From positions 1-19,956 of the forward strand of contig JBMYOQ010000073.1 of assembly GCA_049599475.1 (NCBI GenBank): 19,956 nucleotides of DNA, given 5' to 3'. Position 1 is the stretch's first letter, and each line of letters begins with the position of its first letter. The translations under genes were made by a program, and so were the position numbers. The stretch comes from Opitutales bacterium (GTDB taxonomy: Bacteria > Verrucomicrobiota > Verrucomicrobiia > Opitutales > JABSRG01). The notes under the pieces were generated by a model. It searched no databases. It saw only the letters and a list, made by a program, of their open reading frames with translations, and had not been told where the DNA came from. Positions 17,065-19,956 of the stretch are shown here, piece by piece.

Positions 17065-19869
17065 ATGACCCCTAGATTCCTCCTCTGTAATTGTGGGCAG
17101 TGTGCTGTCCAAACCATTTTTAACGTAGCTATATTGTTAGCTGTTTTTTTGCTGAGCATACCTTCTCAACTGCATGCCGAGAGTCAGCATTTGGGCTCTT
17201 TGATACCAAAGACAGTTCCTGGAGAAGAAGAGTTTGGCGAGGGTAAGCTCTTTGACGGTTCAATTGTCCAGGGCAACTGGTCTTGGAAGGTGGGGCGCGA
17301 CCCCGGCACCCCGGAAAGCTATCGATGGAACGATCCAGACTATGAAATGGCATTTGGCACCGACCGGAATATGAACCTGAAATATCAGGGGATTTGGTAT
17401 CCTTCTCAATCGCGTGACTGGCATACTGCAGAGGTAATCTACGAAGAGCTTGAGAAATACACCCTGGCCGTGTTTGAGCGCTATTACGTGGATCGAGGCC
17501 AAAATATTGACATCCTCCGCGTGATCAACGAGATCGGGGCCGACATCAACCGGCGCCCCGAAATCGAAGTCGGACTCCTCGACGGATATCATCCTGTCGA
17601 TAATCCCAATCCAGTCAACGTGACCGGCTACGATTGGCTGATCAATCTCTTTAAAATGGTTCGGGAAATCGGCGATGAATATGATCCCGACGTAGAGCTT
17701 TTTATCAATGACTACGGTCTCCTTGGAGGTGCGACCATTAAGCCAAATAAATTGATCGATATTATCCAGATCGTGAATGGTGCAGCCCCCGAGGGCACCA
17801 CTTATATCAACGCTATCGGATGTCAGGCGCACGGATTGGAGGGTAAATCTGGGGATACCATCAAAGCTGGATTAGATCGATTCGCAGATAGCCTTCCTGG
17901 AGTGAATATCTATATCACGGAATATGATGTGAATGTGGCTAGTGACTCCGCGCAGCTTGCGAATTACATGGCACAGTTCCCGGTCATGTGGGAACACCCG
18001 CAGGTTACTAGCGTCGCCCTCTGGGGATTTGAGGAAGGGTATATGTGGAGTGTGAAGCCTCAGGCCTATTTGGTGCGAGCAGATGGTACAGACCGCCCAG
18101 CGATGACATGGCTGCGCGCTTACATGAACTCTAAGAATACAGCCCCGGTAGCCTCATTTAATACACCGGAGAGTTCCAATCTGCCATTGGGTTCTGATGT
18201 CGCTGTCCAAATACAGGCAAACGATCGCGATGGCGTGACCAAGGTAGATCTTTTCGTGAATGATGTCTTTGTCGGCACGCAGTCCAAAACTTACGAGATG
18301 GCGGGGTATGGTGAGCACGATTTTATCGTGAGCGATTTAGCTGAAGGGGATCACACTCTTCGAGCGGTGGCCTATGATTCCAATGGATTGACGACCACCA
18401 TTGAGAAAAACATCTCTATTGTTTCGCTGTCACCGCCTACAGAAGTTGCGGATTTGGTGATTTACCCGGAGGCAGATGCCTACGTCAGAATCGGAAATTT
18501 CAGCAACAGAAACTATGGATCCGACAACACTTTGGTAGCCCAGAATAAAGGTGGTGTGAGTGGCCGTAGAGAATCCTATCTACGCTTTGATCTCAGCACT
18601 CTACCCAATAATGTAGAATCTGTCTGGCTTGAACTCACCGTATCCTCTCTTGGAAATTCAGACGGTGCGCTGACCGCGAGCTTCGTGCCCGAAGACACCT
18701 GGAGCGAATCCGGAATTAATTACGATAACAAGCCTTCCATTGCCCAAACGCTATCTAGCGTAGACGGCATCATGGATGTGGGAGATGTTACCTTTTTTGT
18801 CGGAAACCAAGCACTCGAAGAAGCGTCAAATGACGGGAAAATTTCGATACAAATAGAAGAGATTTCCGCCAACAAAAATTTCTCCTTCTACAGTCGTGAA
18901 TACTCTGCTGATCCTAATTTACGCCCGCGATTACTCGTATACTTGGATTCCACCCCGTTGCCTCCCTATAGCGGTGATATCCCGGTTAGTGATGGCCTCG
19001 TGCTGCACCTTGATGCCTCCACACTCACTGAACGCAACGAAGGCGACGAAGTTCTAGAATGGCCTAATCTGGTGCCTGGCGGTCGATCTGCAACGGCCAG
19101 CTCGGACACCTCGCCGCTCTTCGCTGAAGGCTTCTTCAATGGACGGGATGCTCTGCGATTCGACGGAATCGACGACTGGATGAATATCGGAGACCTGCAA
19201 ACGGAAACGAGCGACGCTGATATCTTTCTTATTGTTCAGGCCAGTGAGACCGACGGAGAAACCTACCAGCGGCTAATCTCGGCCTACAACGGTGGGGACA
19301 ACGACTGGACCGCTCCAAACTGGATCCACCTGCGTGACAAAGATAGCGATGGAAACCCTCTTGTCATGGCGCCACAGTTGAGAGTGTTCTCCAAGTCGGA
19401 TGTGCACCTAGCTGGGGTTAAGCTGGGGCGCAACGGCATGAGCTCGCAAAATTTCCTCGATGGCGATATCGCCGAAGTTGTCATTTTCGACCGTCGGTTA
19501 AAGGAGTGGGAGCGCAACGAAGTGGCCTATCACCTTGAGCAGAAATACAACGTAATCTCCGGCGCCTTCGTTGACCCCGGAAGAGATGATGACTTCGACG
19601 GGCTCATCAACCGCGACGAGCTCCTGATCGGCACGGATTATAACGACCCGGATAGTCGTCTCGACCTGAGCGCCTCCATGCAAAGTCAAGATTTTGAAAT
19701 GTTGATAGATACTGTCTTAGGGCGACAATACACGCTTCAAAAAAGCCTAAACCTAGCAGAATGGAAAGACGTCGAAACCGTAGAGGGGAATGATACGCCT
19801 TTAGATTTTTCAGAAGATTTCAGCTCGGACTCGAAAGCCTTTTACCGTATCAAAGTAAGCCAGCCATAA
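17065..19869 (+). CDS. Secreted GH10-fold glycoside hydrolase (xylanase-like, divergent) with Ig-like, DNRLRE/CBM96-like, LamG-like and C-terminal domains
   Basis: GH10 motifs VINE (acid/base Glu codon 17530), LFINDY, IGCQAH, IYITEYDV (nucleophile Glu codon 17920) and LWGF. Signal peptide ...LLSIPSQLHA/ES. Ig-like domain ~18136-18423. DNRLRE-like ADAYVR..NYG..RESYLRFDLS at ~18472-18940. LamG-like GLVLHLDAS..LRFDG..GDIAEVVIFDR at ~18991-19550. C-terminal domain ending KAFYRIKV. The ORF track starts at GTG 17026. ATG 17065 is preferred because it aligns with the ATGACCCC of the other copy of the upstream element. Confidence 0.85.
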   Translation: MTPRFLLCNCGQCAVQTIFNVAILLAVFLLSIPSQLHAESQHLGSLIPKTVPGEEEFGEGKLFDGSIVQGNWSWKVGRDPGTPESYRWNDPDYEMAFGTDRNMNLKYQGIWYPSQSRDWHTAEVIYEELEKYTLAVFERYYVDRGQNIDILRVINEIGADINRRPEIEVGLLDGYHPVDNPNPVNVTGYDWLINLFKMVREIGDEYDPDVELFINDYGLLGGATIKPNKLIDIIQIVNGAAPEGTTYINAIGCQAHGLEGKSGDTIKAGLDRFADSLPGVNIYITEYDVNVASDSAQLANYMAQFPVMWEHPQVTSVALWGFEEGYMWSVKPQAYLVRADGTDRPAMTWLRAYMNSKNTAPVASFNTPESSNLPLGSDVAVQIQANDRDGVTKVDLFVNDVFVGTQSKTYEMAGYGEHDFIVSDLAEGDHTLRAVAYDSNGLTTTIEKNISIVSLSPPTEVADLVIYPEADAYVRIGNFSNRNYGSDNTLVAQNKGGVSGRRESYLRFDLSTLPNNVESVWLELTVSSLGNSDGALTASFVPEDTWSESGINYDNKPSIAQTLSSVDGIMDVGDVTFFVGNQALEEASNDGKISIQIEEISANKNFSFYSREYSADPNLRPRLLVYLDSTPLPPYSGDIPVSDGLVLHLDASTLTERNEGDEVLEWPNLVPGGRSATASSDTSPLFAEGFFNGRDALRFDGIDDWMNIGDLQTETSDADIFLIVQASETDGETYQRLISAYNGGDNDWTAPNWIHLRDKDSDGNPLVMAPQLRVFSKSDVHLAGVKLGRNGMSSQNFLDGDIAEVVIFDRRLKEWERNEVAYHLEQKYNVISGAFVDPGRDDDFDGLINRDELLIGTDYNDPDSRLDLSASMQSQDFEMLIDTVLGRQYTLQKSLNLAEWKDVETVEGNDTPLDFSEDFSSDSKAFYRIKVSQP

Positions 19870-19903
19870 GGGGATTCCTCTTCAATGGCGACTCAGAGTA
19901 TAT

Positions 19904-19956
19904 TAGGGGCTGTCTTCAAATTACCCCCGCATCCAGACAATAATTGAAGCGATTGA
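19904..19956. mobile_element. Partial end of a probable insertion sequence, inverted copy of the element end at 1-55, truncated by the window end
   Basis: TA-GGGGCTGTCTTCAAATTACCCCCGCATCCAGACAATAATTGAAGCGATTGA is the exact reverse complement of 3-55. Confidence 0.6.

Noticed and set aside
11012..19689. Minus-strand and alternate-frame ORFs overlapping genes 2 and 3
   Set aside because: They overlap well-supported CDSs or the conserved upstream element and show no protein-family signatures.
1..19956. CRISPR array, tRNA/rRNA, integrase or reverse-transcriptase (DGR/retron) system
   Set aside because: There is no regularly spaced repeat-spacer pattern, no RNA gene signature, and no ORF with recombinase or RT motifs.

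Overview
A 19,956-bp window almost entirely filled by three very large, co-oriented (+ strand) genes for exported proteins. (1) A 3,124-aa filamentous-haemagglutinin/TpsA-type exoprotein with four ~500-580-aa repeats and no TpsB partner in view. (2) A 2,047-aa multidomain protein with two pectate-lyase-3-like beta-helices, a beta-trefoil, Ig/FN3 modules and a duplicated unknown domain. (3) A ~934-947-aa GH10-fold glycoside hydrolase that keeps both catalytic glutamates but lacks the canonical xylan-binding motifs. Genes 2 and 3 share two things: a ~95-bp upstream element (89% identical, 40-bp perfect core) and a related C-terminal domain ending in K-x-F-[IY]-R. That domain style suggests a Verrucomicrobiota/Kiritimatiellota host (inference). 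The window's two ends are a perfect 53-bp inverted repeat that looks like the same end of an IS element in two inverted copies. This is either a composite-transposon-like cassette or a contig broken at IS copies. The 1-kb gap between genes 1 and 2 holds a REPIN-like pair of GTAG/GTGG REP hairpins nested in a MITE-like inverted repeat. No rRNA, tRNA or CRISPR array was seen. All domain calls come from motif recognition by eye, not database searches.
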